This document shows, one piece after another, positions 27,699 through 36,442 of a DNA stretch of 64,000 nt; the first letter of the stretch is position 1; each line of letters begins with the position of its first letter. Source of the DNA: Holophagales bacterium. GTDB taxonomy: Bacteria > Acidobacteriota > Thermoanaerobaculia > UBA5066. The notes under the pieces were generated by a model. It did no database searches, was not told the DNA's origin, and saw only the letters and a program-made list of their open reading frames with translations. Location of the stretch: contig JADKBZ010000016.1 of NCBI GenBank assembly GCA_016714815.1, positions 116,609 to 180,608 on the forward strand, given 5' to 3'. Both the position numbers and the translations under genes were made by a program.

Positions 27699-29549
27699 AT
27701 GAGGACTCGATCGCTGATCGGAATTCTCGCCGTGCTCTGCGTGGGCTGGCTCTTCGTGCTCGGGCCGGCCCTGCTCGCGTACGCGCGCATCCTCCGGAAC
27801 GCCGACGGCTATCGGCCGGCGGAGCTCGTCGTCACGGGGCAGAACTGCATCGGGGGGACGAGGGATTCGAAGGGGAGGAGCTCGCCCCGGTTCTGCTTCC
27901 TCGAGGGCAAGGTCGTGGAGGGAGAGGGGCCGGGCATCGAAGAGGAGATGTCTGTCGGCTCGGAGCTTCCCGCAGACAGGCCGGTCGGGACACGCGTCGC
28001 CGTCCACTACAACCCGGCCCTGCCGCCCTTCGGGATGAACTACTTCAACCTGAGAGTCCTGCCCCGGGAAGACGTCGGCCCCGCGACGATGGCCCGCCGA
28101 CGGCTGCTGAGGGCGACCCGCATCATCCAGCTCTCGCTCGGGCTCGCCCTCCTGGTTCACCTGCTCCTGCGCTGGGGGCGCCGCCGATTCACCAGGGAAT
28201 CGCCCGATTTCTCGGTGGACCTGGGCGGCGGCCATCCCGTGGGGGGCACGCTCCTCCTCAGCCAGGGGCTCGTGTTCCTGCTGGGGCAGGGCCGGAGCCC
28301 CGCTGTCGCCGGGATCATCCTGGGCCTCCTCCTGGTTCTGGCGGGAGTGCCGCTTCTCCTCCGCCGATACGCCGTCTTCTCGCGAGACCTCGGGGCCGTG
28401 ACCCGCGGACGGCAGTTTCTCGGGGTGAGCCTCGGTTCGACACCTTCCCCGTGGCCCGAGCCCCGGAACGTCGTTCTCGGAGTCGACGCGGGGCGCCTCA
28501 CGATCTCGATCTTCGGCTCGGATTCGACCGAGGTGATTCCGGGCCGCGAGACCTACGCCCGGAGCCGGGACCTCGCCGCGCGCCTGGCCGGGTACTTCAG
28601 GGTCGATCTGGAGGACCGGGCCGAGGCCCACCAGGAGCTCCTCAGGCAGGCGGACTGGCTCTCCGCGCCGCAGATCGTCCGCGCGCTGGGCCGGTGGGGC
28701 GTCGTCCTCGGCGGCGTCGTGCTGATTCTCGGAGGCGCGGCGCTCGCCGTCGATCGCGTCCCGAGCCTTCGCATGCCGGTCGTGAAGGAGATCCTCGACC
28801 CCTCGGGGCGCCTGAGGCACACGGCATCCCTGCGCGGCTGGGCGCTCTCCCGCCTCGAGCGGGATCCGTCGGACGAGGCCCTGCTCGAGCTGATGAAGGT
28901 CCTGAACACGGTCGACGCCGGCTCCTTCCCCGACGTCGCGGAGGACGTCGCTGCGGCGGCCCTGCGAAAGTCGGGACTTCCGCCCCTTCAGGGGGAAGGC
29001 CGCGACGGCCGCATTCTCCGGATCAACGCCTGGGCGTCCGTTCGACTCGGCCGTCCCCTCGACGACGGCGGCGGCCTGCTCGGCTGGTTCCCGGTCGACC
29101 CGCGATTCGCCCTCGAGGTCGAGAAGATCGCGGGCACGGACCTCCGGGAAGCCTGGTCGACCTGGAGCTTCATCGGCGCCGGCCAGCTGACGACCCCCGA
29201 GCAGTTTCTCTTCGCCCTCGGTGCGGCCCTCGGAGACCGGCGTCCCGTCCATTTCGCCATCCGGAAGGGGAGCTTTTTCCAGATCCCCGGGAGCGAACTC
29301 CCGTTCGAGGGGCAGCCGGAGCCGATCGAGGAGCATCCCGAAGCGATCGTTCGGACCGTGGGGGATGCGATCGCCATCCGCCTCTGGACGATGCAGGGCG
29401 TCGGCGACGAAAAGTTCCCCGAGGACTTCCTCGCCTGGTGGAGGGAGTGGGCGCGCGCCCGCCGGATACCGGTCGCAGGTCCGGCGATGGCTCCTCCGGG
29501 CGACGGGGCCGCGCCTTCGTCCGGTGGCGCCTCGGGGGCGATTCGTTGA
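27699..29549 (+). CDS. hypothetical polytopic membrane protein (616 aa)
   Basis: Several hydrophobic helices (ILAVLCVGWLFVLGPALLAYA, IIQLSLGLALLVHLLL, GIILGLLLVLAGVPLLL, VVLGGVVLILGGAALAV). No recognisable catalytic motif. Confidence 0.5.
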   Translation: MRTRSLIGILAVLCVGWLFVLGPALLAYARILRNADGYRPAELVVTGQNCIGGTRDSKGRSSPRFCFLEGKVVEGEGPGIEEEMSVGSELPADRPVGTRVAVHYNPALPPFGMNYFNLRVLPREDVGPATMARRRLLRATRIIQLSLGLALLVHLLLRWGRRRFTRESPDFSVDLGGGHPVGGTLLLSQGLVFLLGQGRSPAVAGIILGLLLVLAGVPLLLRRYAVFSRDLGAVTRGRQFLGVSLGSTPSPWPEPRNVVLGVDAGRLTISIFGSDSTEVIPGRETYARSRDLAARLAGYFRVDLEDRAEAHQELLRQADWLSAPQIVRALGRWGVVLGGVVLILGGAALAVDRVPSLRMPVVKEILDPSGRLRHTASLRGWALSRLERDPSDEALLELMKVLNTVDAGSFPDVAEDVAAAALRKSGLPPLQGEGRDGRILRINAWASVRLGRPLDDGGGLLGWFPVDPRFALEVEKIAGTDLREAWSTWSFIGAGQLTTPEQFLFALGAALGDRRPVHFAIRKGSFFQIPGSELPFEGQPEPIEEHPEAIVRTVGDAIAIRLWTMQGVGDEKFPEDFLAWWREWARARRIPVAGPAMAPPGDGAAPSSGGASGAIR

Positions 29550-29655
29550 CCCGCGAACGGCGCGGTGAGCGCGGTGGCGTGGTCAAGCACGCCAGGGGGA
29601 TGGGATTTTGGGAGTCGGCGGGAAGGGGCGGGGGAAACGCAGGCCGCTCCCCACG

Positions 29656-30600
29656 TCACGGGCGGGACGTCGCCGCCCGCGAGGGAAGGGCGTTGGCAAG
29701 GGCCTCCTTGAGCGTCGCGCGGACGAAGCGGCCCCCGGCGCTCTCCTCCGTCCTCCGGTGCCCGTAGAGGTGGACCTCGATCGGGGCGATCTCGAGCGGA
29801 GGAGGGAAGACGCGGAGATCGAGCGGGCGGAGCTGAACCGGGGCGAGCCGCCGCGGCATCGTGAGGAGGAGGTCTGAGGTTGCGGCCACCAGGCAGGCCG
29901 TCTCGTACCGCTGGCAGCGGACGGCGACGCGCCGCCGGAGCCCCTGGGCGCCGAAGCGGAAATCCTCCAGGGTCGGGCCCGTGCGGCGCGAGGAGACCGC
30001 GACGTGGCCCGCCGCGAGATAGCCGTCGCGGTCCAGCTTGCGCCGGCCCTTCGCCGCGACGACGCAGAAGTCGTCCTCGAAGACCCGCTCGTGGACGAGG
30101 TCGTCCTCCGTCGGCCGGGCGACGTCGAAGGCGGCGTCGATCCGGCCCGCGGCGAGGTCCGCGCGCAGCTGCGCCCGGTCGAGGCGGACCGCCGAGAGCT
30201 CGAGGTTCGGGGCGGCTTCGCGGAAGCGCCGGACGATCGGGGGGACGAAGAGCGCCTCGAGCTCCTCCGGGAGGGCGAGGGTGAGGCGGGCGAGGTCCCG
30301 GCCCGGGTCGAAGCCCCGCCGGTCGACGAGGGCCTGCTCGACCGCGGCGAGGGCCTCGCGGACGGCCGGCGCGAGCCGGGACGCCATCGGCGTCGGGACG
30401 ATCCCGCGTCCCTGCCGGACGAAGAGGGGATCGCCGAGGTGGTCGCGAAGGCGGGCCACCGCGTGGCTGACCGCGGACGGGGAAAGGAAGAGCTCCTCCG
30501 CGGCGCGCCCCAGGCTCCGCTCCCGGTAGACGACGTCGAAGACGCGGACGAGGTTCAGGTCGAGGCGCTTCAGGCCAGGTGCGTCATGCACGGTGTTCAT
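29656..30600 (-). CDS. LysR family transcriptional regulator, divergent from the SDR/WS-DGAT operon
   Basis: N-terminal HTH LVRVFDVVYRERSLGRAAEELFLSPSAVSHAVARLRDHLGDPLFVR, plus a LysR substrate-binding domain. Confidence 0.9.
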   Translation of the reverse strand: MNTVHDAPGLKRLDLNLVRVFDVVYRERSLGRAAEELFLSPSAVSHAVARLRDHLGDPLFVRQGRGIVPTPMASRLAPAVREALAAVEQALVDRRGFDPGRDLARLTLALPEELEALFVPPIVRRFREAAPNLELSAVRLDRAQLRADLAAGRIDAAFDVARPTEDDLVHERVFEDDFCVVAAKGRRKLDRDGYLAAGHVAVSSRRTGPTLEDFRFGAQGLRRRVAVRCQRYETACLVAATSDLLLTMPRRLAPVQLRPLDLRVFPPPLEIAPIEVHLYGHRRTEESAGGRFVRATLKEALANALPSRAATSRP

Positions 30601-30658
30601 CTCGACTCATGCGAAGGATTCACTGGATTCATGATATCGCTGCGCCTACGCTTCGCCC

Positions 30659-31525
30659 GTGGCGCGACACGAGAGGCCCGGAGACGGGCCGGCGGGCGGG
30701 AAGAGGATCTTCGTCACCGGCGGCGCGTCGGGCCTCGGCCGCGCGCTCGCCGAGCGCTACGCCCGCGAGGGGTGGCGCGTCTGCATCGGCGACCTCGACG
30801 AGGCGCGGGGCGAGGCCGCTCTCGCCGGCCTCGCGGCGGGCGCAGAGCGCCGCTTCCTTCGCTGTGACGTGACGCACGAGGAAGACCTCGCCGCCGCGGC
30901 GCGCTGGCTCGAGGAGACGTGGGGCGGCGTCGACGTCGTCGTCAACAACGCGGGGGTGGCGGTGAGCGGGGGGATCGCCGAGACGCCGCTCGCCGACTGG
31001 CAGTGGATCGTCGACGTGAATCTTCTCGGAGTCGTCCGCGGCTGCAAGGTCTTCACGCCGCTCTTCCGGAGGATCGGGGGCGGCCACCTCGTGAACATCG
31101 CCTCCATGGCGGGGCTCGTCCACCCCCCGATGATGTCCGCCTACGCCGCCACGAAGGCGGCCGTGGTGGCGCTCTCCGAGGCGCTCCGGATCGAGCTCGC
31201 GCCGGACCGGATCGCCGTGACGGTCGTCTGCCCGGGCTTCTTCCGGACGAGCCTTGCCGACTCGGCGCGGGCCGCGAGCCCCGAGATCGACGGCGTGACG
31301 CGGGCTCTCGTCGTCCGGGCGCGCCGGACGGCTCCCGAGATGGCGGAGCTGATCTACCGGGGGGTGGAGCGGGGCGACTTCCTGGTCCTGACGCACCGCG
31401 ACGGGAAGCTCTCCTTCCTGCTGAAGAGGCTCCTGCCGTTCCCGCTCTACTCCCGGATCCTCGCGCGGGGCGCCCGGAAGATGCTCTCGCGGCGTCCGGA
31501 GCCGCGCCCGGCGAGCCCATCGTGA
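30659..31525 (+). CDS. SDR-family oxidoreductase
   Basis: Rossmann motif VTGGASGLG, NNAG, and catalytic S...YAATK. The likely start is the GTG at 30659. The stop overlaps the next gene's start in a GTGA. Confidence 0.8.
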   Translation: MARHERPGDGPAGGKRIFVTGGASGLGRALAERYAREGWRVCIGDLDEARGEAALAGLAAGAERRFLRCDVTHEEDLAAAARWLEETWGGVDVVVNNAGVAVSGGIAETPLADWQWIVDVNLLGVVRGCKVFTPLFRRIGGGHLVNIASMAGLVHPPMMSAYAATKAAVVALSEALRIELAPDRIAVTVVCPGFFRTSLADSARAASPEIDGVTRALVVRARRTAPEMAELIYRGVERGDFLVLTHRDGKLSFLLKRLLPFPLYSRILARGARKMLSRRPEPRPASPS

Positions 31526-33000
31526 CCACGAGCCCGGAGAGCTGGTCCGAGCGGCTGAGCGCTCTCGACGCGGGGTTCCTCGACCTCGAGGCGCCGAACG
31601 CCCCGATGCACGTCGGCTCGGTCTCGATCTTTTCCGGGAAGGTGCCCTCGCAGCGCGAGATGGCGGACCTCATCGCCTCGCGCCTCGACCGCGTCCCGCG
31701 CTACGCCCAGAAGCTCGCGTCCGTACCCTTCGGCCTGGGGCGTCCCGTCTGGGTGGACGACCCGGACTTCGACCTCGACCGGCACGTCCTCGCCACGTCG
31801 CTTCCTCGCCCCGGCCTTCCGGAGCTCCGGCGGTTCGTGGCCGACCTCTTCGCCCGCCCTCTCGACCGCGACCGGCCCCTCTGGGAATACTGGCTCCTCG
31901 GCGGCCTCGGGCGGGGCCGTTTCGCCGTCGTCACGAAGACCCACCACTGCATGATCGACGGCGTCTCCGGCGTGGACCTCGCCTCGACCCTGATGGAGAT
32001 CGACAGGCGGGCGCGGCGCACGGGTCCTCCGGTCTCTCTCGCGCCGCGCCCGGCACCCGGCGCGATCGAGCGCGTGAAGGACGCGCTCGGCGACCAGCTC
32101 TCGCGCCCGTTCGGCCTCGCGTTCGAGGCGATCAGGCCCGATACCCTGGGGCGGAGGGCGCTCGGAGAGATCGCGGGCGGGTTCGGCCCGCTGCTGGGCA
32201 TCGGGAAGCTGGGGCCCGCTCCCGCCTCCTCCCTCAACCGCACCGTCGGCCTCTCCCGCCGCTGGGAGATGGTCTCGCTCGACCTCGCGGAGGTGAAAGA
32301 GGTCCGCGGGGCGCTCGGCGGAACGGTCAACGACGTCGTCCTGGCGGTCGTCGCCGGCGGCCTCCGGAAACTCCTCCTCTCTCGCAGGGAGACGATCGGC
32401 GCTCCCCTCCGCGTCCTCGTCCCGGTCAGCGTCCGGGCTCCGGAGGAGCGGAGTGCCCTCGGCAACAGGGTGGCGGCCCTCTTCTGTCCCCTGCCGGTCG
32501 ACGAGCCCGATCCCCTTTCGCGGCTGCGCCTCGTCTCGGCCGCGACGAAGGGGCTGAAGGAGAGCCGGCAGGCGGTTGGCGCGATGGCGCTGACGCGCCT
32601 CGGCGACTTCGCCCCGCCGACGCTGGCCGCTCTCGCGACCCGCCTCCAGGCGATGGCTCCGTGGTTCAACGTCGTCGTCACGAACGTCCCCGGGCCCCAG
32701 CTGCCGCTCTACCTCCTCGGCCGCCGCCTCCTCGCCTGCCACCCGGCCGTGCCGCTCACCGTCGCGACGACGATCTCGGTCGCGCTCCTCAGCTACGACG
32801 GGTCGATAGACCTCGGACTCCTCGGGGACGGAGAGCAGGCGGCCGACCTGGCGGTCCTGGCGCGCGCCGTCAGGACGTCGCTCGCCGAGCTCGTCGGCCT
32901 GGCCAGAGCGACCGGAGGAGCCGGAGAGTCCAGAAAGTCCAGAGACGCCAGAGAAGGCGGAGAAGCCAGGGAAGCCGGAGACAGGTCGAACTCGAGATGA
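31522..33000 (+). CDS. wax ester synthase/acyl-CoA:diacylglycerol acyltransferase (WS/DGAT)
   Basis: The catalytic HHCMIDGVSG (HHxxxDG) motif is present, with typical WS/DGAT N- and C-terminal regions. The GTG start at 31522 overlaps the SDR stop. Confidence 0.9.
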   Translation: MTTSPESWSERLSALDAGFLDLEAPNAPMHVGSVSIFSGKVPSQREMADLIASRLDRVPRYAQKLASVPFGLGRPVWVDDPDFDLDRHVLATSLPRPGLPELRRFVADLFARPLDRDRPLWEYWLLGGLGRGRFAVVTKTHHCMIDGVSGVDLASTLMEIDRRARRTGPPVSLAPRPAPGAIERVKDALGDQLSRPFGLAFEAIRPDTLGRRALGEIAGGFGPLLGIGKLGPAPASSLNRTVGLSRRWEMVSLDLAEVKEVRGALGGTVNDVVLAVVAGGLRKLLLSRRETIGAPLRVLVPVSVRAPEERSALGNRVAALFCPLPVDEPDPLSRLRLVSAATKGLKESRQAVGAMALTRLGDFAPPTLAALATRLQAMAPWFNVVVTNVPGPQLPLYLLGRRLLACHPAVPLTVATTISVALLSYDGSIDLGLLGDGEQAADLAVLARAVRTSLAELVGLARATGGAGESRKSRDAREGGEAREAGDRSNSR

Positions 33001-33836
33001 CATACGTCCCGCGCGGAAAGCACACGATCTTCTACGACGTCACGGGCCCCGACGACGCCCCTCCTCTTCTCCTGGTGATGGGGATGGGCTTCTCCTCGCG
33101 TGCCTGGGCCTCGCTGCCGCAGCGCCTCTCCGAGCACTTTCGCGTGATCGCCTTCGACAACCGCGGAACCGGGAGGTCGAGCGGGTCGGGGATCGTCTTT
33201 CGCGTGCGGGACATGGCCGAGGACGCGGCCGCGGTCCTCGACGCGGCGAACGCCAAAGAAGCTCTCGTCTTCGGGATCTCGATGGGGGGAATGGTGGCGC
33301 TCGAGCTGGCGCTCTGCCACCCGGAGCGCGTCCGCAAGCTCGCTCTCGGAGCGACCTTCGCCGGCTGGCTGCAGAGCCGCAAGCCCTCGCCCTCGACGGT
33401 GGGCGGGGTCCTTCTAGGAGGGGTCCTCTCGCGCGTCGGGGCGCACCGGGTCCTCGGCGAGATCCTCGTCTCCACCGGCTTCGCGGGCCGGGACTACGAC
33501 AAGCTCTCGACCTGGATCGTGAACGGGGAGCGGGTCCGTCCGCACGTCCTGGTCCAGCAGATGACGGCGGTGACGCTCCACGGCACGACCTCGCGCCTCG
33601 GCTCGCTGAGCGTCCCCACGCTCGTCCTGACGGGCGACAGCGACCGGCTCGTCCCCGAGGAGAACTCGAGGCGCCTCGCGGGGCTGATCCCCGGCGCCCG
33701 TCTCGAGGTTCTGCCCGGCGCCGGGCACTGCTTCCCCCTCGAACAGCCGGACGCGACCCTCGCGCAGCTGCTCCGGTTCTTCGGCGAGAGGGTCCCGGCC
33801 GGGAAGGTCGAGGAGACGAAAGCGAGACGGAGGTAG
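32997..33836 (+). CDS. alpha/beta-fold hydrolase
   Basis: The ATG at 32997 overlaps the WS/DGAT stop (ATGA). The nucleophile elbow is GISMGG (GxSxG), and the C-terminus has GAGHCFPLEQPD (His of the triad). Confidence 0.85.
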   Translation: MTYVPRGKHTIFYDVTGPDDAPPLLLVMGMGFSSRAWASLPQRLSEHFRVIAFDNRGTGRSSGSGIVFRVRDMAEDAAAVLDAANAKEALVFGISMGGMVALELALCHPERVRKLALGATFAGWLQSRKPSPSTVGGVLLGGVLSRVGAHRVLGEILVSTGFAGRDYDKLSTWIVNGERVRPHVLVQQMTAVTLHGTTSRLGSLSVPTLVLTGDSDRLVPEENSRRLAGLIPGARLEVLPGAGHCFPLEQPDATLAQLLRFFGERVPAGKVEETKARRR

Positions 33837-33838
33837 GG

Positions 33839-35044
33839 ATGGACTTTTCGGAATCGGCAAAGGTGCGGACGATCCGCCAGGTGGTGCGGGACTTCATGGA
33901 GGCCGAGGTTTTCCCTCTCGAGCAGGCCTTCCTCCACGACGGGTTCGTCGCGATCCTCCCGGTCCTGAAGGAAAAGCGCGAGCGGGCCCGGCAGACCGGT
34001 CTCTTCGCGGCGCACGTCCCGGAAGCGTGGGGCGGGGCGGGGCTCTCGCTTCCCGAGTTCGCGAACATGAGCGAGGAGCTCGGCAGGAGCCCGCTCGGGC
34101 ACTACGTCTTCAACGTCCAGGCGCCCGACGTCGGGAACATGGAAGTCCTGATGGAGCACGGCACGCCGGAGCAGAAGGAGCGGTTCCTCGTCCCTCTCGT
34201 CCGGGGCGAGATCCGGAGCTGCTTCACGATGACGGAGCCGGAGTTCGCCGGCTCGAACCCGGTCCACATGGGGACGACGGCCCGCAGAGACGGAGGGGAG
34301 TGGGTCCTCCGCGGGCACAAGTGGTTCGCGTCGTCGGCGGACGGCGCGGCGTTCGCGGTCTGCATGGCAATCACCGACCCCGACGCGGCCGAGCCCCACC
34401 GGAGGGCGAGCACGATCCTCGTCCCGACGGACACGCCGGGCTTCGAGCTGATCGGAAACCTCTCCGTGATGGGGCACCGCGGCGGCGACTGGGCGAGCCA
34501 CGGCGAGGTCAGCTACCAGGACGCCCGCGTCCCGCTCGGAAACCTCCTCGGCAAGGAAGGGGAGGGCTTCGTCATCGCGCAGGAGAGGCTCGGGCCGGGA
34601 CGGATCCACCACTGCATGCGCTGGATCGGGGTCTGCGAGCGGGCGCACGAGATCCTCTGCCGGCACGCGGCGACGCGGGAGCTCTCGCCGGGAAGGCCGC
34701 TCGGGTCGAAGCAGATCGTGCAGCAGTGGATCGCCGAGAGCCGCGCCGAGATCCACGCGGCGCGCCTGATGGTTCTGCACGCCGCGTGGAAGATCGAGAA
34801 CGAGGGGGCCCGCGCCGCGCGCGAGGAGATCTCCCTCATCAAGTTCACCGTGGCCCGGACGCTCCAGCGCGTCCTGGACAGGGCGATCCAGGCCCTGGGC
34901 GGCCTCGGGATGACCGACGACACGCCGCTCGCCTTCTGGTACGCGCACGAGCGGGCCGCGCGAATCTACGACGGGGCCGACGAGGTCCACGTCGAGTCGG
35001 TGGCGCGCCGGATCCTCGGCCGCTACGGAATGCGCGCGCGGTGA
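33839..35044 (+). CDS. acyl-CoA dehydrogenase
   Basis: ACAD N-terminal, middle and C-terminal domains (FTMTEPEFAGSNP, GEGFVIAQERLGPGRIHHCMRWIG, YDGADEVH). The start is 2 nt after the hydrolase stop. Confidence 0.9.
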   Translation: MDFSESAKVRTIRQVVRDFMEAEVFPLEQAFLHDGFVAILPVLKEKRERARQTGLFAAHVPEAWGGAGLSLPEFANMSEELGRSPLGHYVFNVQAPDVGNMEVLMEHGTPEQKERFLVPLVRGEIRSCFTMTEPEFAGSNPVHMGTTARRDGGEWVLRGHKWFASSADGAAFAVCMAITDPDAAEPHRRASTILVPTDTPGFELIGNLSVMGHRGGDWASHGEVSYQDARVPLGNLLGKEGEGFVIAQERLGPGRIHHCMRWIGVCERAHEILCRHAATRELSPGRPLGSKQIVQQWIAESRAEIHAARLMVLHAAWKIENEGARAAREEISLIKFTVARTLQRVLDRAIQALGGLGMTDDTPLAFWYAHERAARIYDGADEVHVESVARRILGRYGMRAR

Positions 35045-36165
35045 AAGGCGCCGAAGCGGGAGCGGTCCGCGCCGCCGAGGACGGGGGAGCGCGCGGCGCG
35101 GGGGCCGTCCGGCGTGGCGAGGAGCTGGACCTCGCCGCCGTCGACGCCTTCCTCAAGCCGCGCGTCCCGGGCCTGGCGGGGAGCCCGCGCGTCACGCAGT
35201 ACGCGGGCGGGGCGTCGAACTGGACCTACCGGCTGGAGTACCCGTCGCACGACCTCGTCCTCCGGCGGCCCCCCGCCGGCACGAAGGCGAAGTCGGCGCA
35301 CGACATGGGGCGCGAGTTCCGCGTCCAGGCCGCACTCGGCCCCTTCTTTCCGTACGTCCCCGAGATGGTCGCGTTCTGCGACGACCCTTCGGTCCTGGGC
35401 TGCGAGTTCTACGTCATGCGGCGCATCGCGGGGGTCATCCCCCGCGCGAACCTGCCGAAGGGGATCGTCCTGACGCCCGACGAGGCGCGCCGGATGTGCC
35501 TCTCGGTCCTCGACCGGCTCGTCGACCTCCACCGCGTCGACGCGAACGCGGCGGGCCTGGCGGCCCTTGGCAAGGGCGCCGGCTACTGCCGGAGACAGGT
35601 GGACGGCTGGACGGATCGATACGCGAAGGCCCGGACGTGGAACGTCCCGCGATTCGCCCGCGTCACCAATTGGCTGAAGGCGAACACCCCCGACGACGTC
35701 GCCACCTGCGTCATCCACAACGACTTCCGGCTCGACAACGTCGTCCTCGACCCGGACGACGCGACGCGCGTCGTCGGCATCCTCGACTGGGAGATGGCGA
35801 CGCTCGGCGACCCGCTGATGGATCTCGGCAACAGCCTGGCGTACTGGGTAGAGGCGGGGGACGACTTCGTGATCCGCTCGATGCGGCGCCAGCCGACGCA
35901 CCTCCCCGGCATGCTCACGCGGCGGGAGGTCGTGGCCGCCTACTTCGAGCGGTCGGGCCTCCCCGCGCGGGACGTCACCTTCTACGAGGTCTACGGCCTC
36001 TTCCGCCTCGCCGTGATCGCCCAGCAGATCTACTTCCGCTACCACCGGGGCGAGACGAGGAACCCGGCCTTCAGGCGGTTCTGGATCCTGGCGCACTACC
36101 TCCAGTGGCGGTGCGGGCGATTGATCCGCTCATTCACTGATCCATTGATCCGCAACCGAGAGTAG
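35041..36165 (+). CDS. APH-like phosphotransferase family protein (the ACAD10/11-associated kinase type)
   Basis: The GTG at 35041 overlaps the ACAD stop (GTGA). Brenner motif IHNDFRLDNVVL and ILDWEMATLGDP are present. Confidence 0.8.
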   Translation: MKGAEAGAVRAAEDGGARGAGAVRRGEELDLAAVDAFLKPRVPGLAGSPRVTQYAGGASNWTYRLEYPSHDLVLRRPPAGTKAKSAHDMGREFRVQAALGPFFPYVPEMVAFCDDPSVLGCEFYVMRRIAGVIPRANLPKGIVLTPDEARRMCLSVLDRLVDLHRVDANAAGLAALGKGAGYCRRQVDGWTDRYAKARTWNVPRFARVTNWLKANTPDDVATCVIHNDFRLDNVVLDPDDATRVVGILDWEMATLGDPLMDLGNSLAYWVEAGDDFVIRSMRRQPTHLPGMLTRREVVAAYFERSGLPARDVTFYEVYGLFRLAVIAQQIYFRYHRGETRNPAFRRFWILAHYLQWRCGRLIRSFTDPLIRNRE

Positions 36166-36289
36166 GGACAGGAGGCCGCGGCGAGGGGGCTCGGCCCCAA
36201 TGCTGGACGAGTTCGACGCGCTGCCACCCTCAGGGATGGGAAGTCGATCTCGGGCGGCAGTGCGGCCGATCGGCGGGTTGGGCTTCGAC

Positions 36290-36400
36290 GGGCCCAGGGA
36301 CCTCGGGCGGTTCCTCGAGGGCGTGGCGCTGGCACGGGAGTGCTACGATGGATTTCGCGCGCTAACGCAGCGGCAAGCGGCCGCGTCAGCGGCTTCGCCC
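36290..36400 (+). pseudogene. diverged copy of the DAHP synthase 3' end (last ~30 codons) without a stop codon, in frame with the downstream Vgb-like gene
   Basis: At the DNA level, ggttcctcgagggcgtggcgctggcacgggagtgctacga... aligns with ggttcctcgaggacgtcgccctcgcccgggaatgctacga... at 27583-27662 (about 75-80% identity). At the protein level, FLEGVALARECYDGFRALTQRQAAAS aligns with FLEDVALARECYEKRRALVGRHAAAS. Confidence 0.45.
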
Positions 36401-36442
36401 CGCGGTGGGACAAGGCTGGTCCGAAAGAGAAGGAGGGTGGCG

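Noticed and set aside
8066-30619. 12-mer CATGCGAAGGAT shared by the tetR and lysR start regions, as a definite common operator
   Set aside because: Of the order of a hundred random 12-mer coincidences are expected in a 64-kb window of skewed composition. It is kept only as a low-interest note inside a finding, not as a feature.
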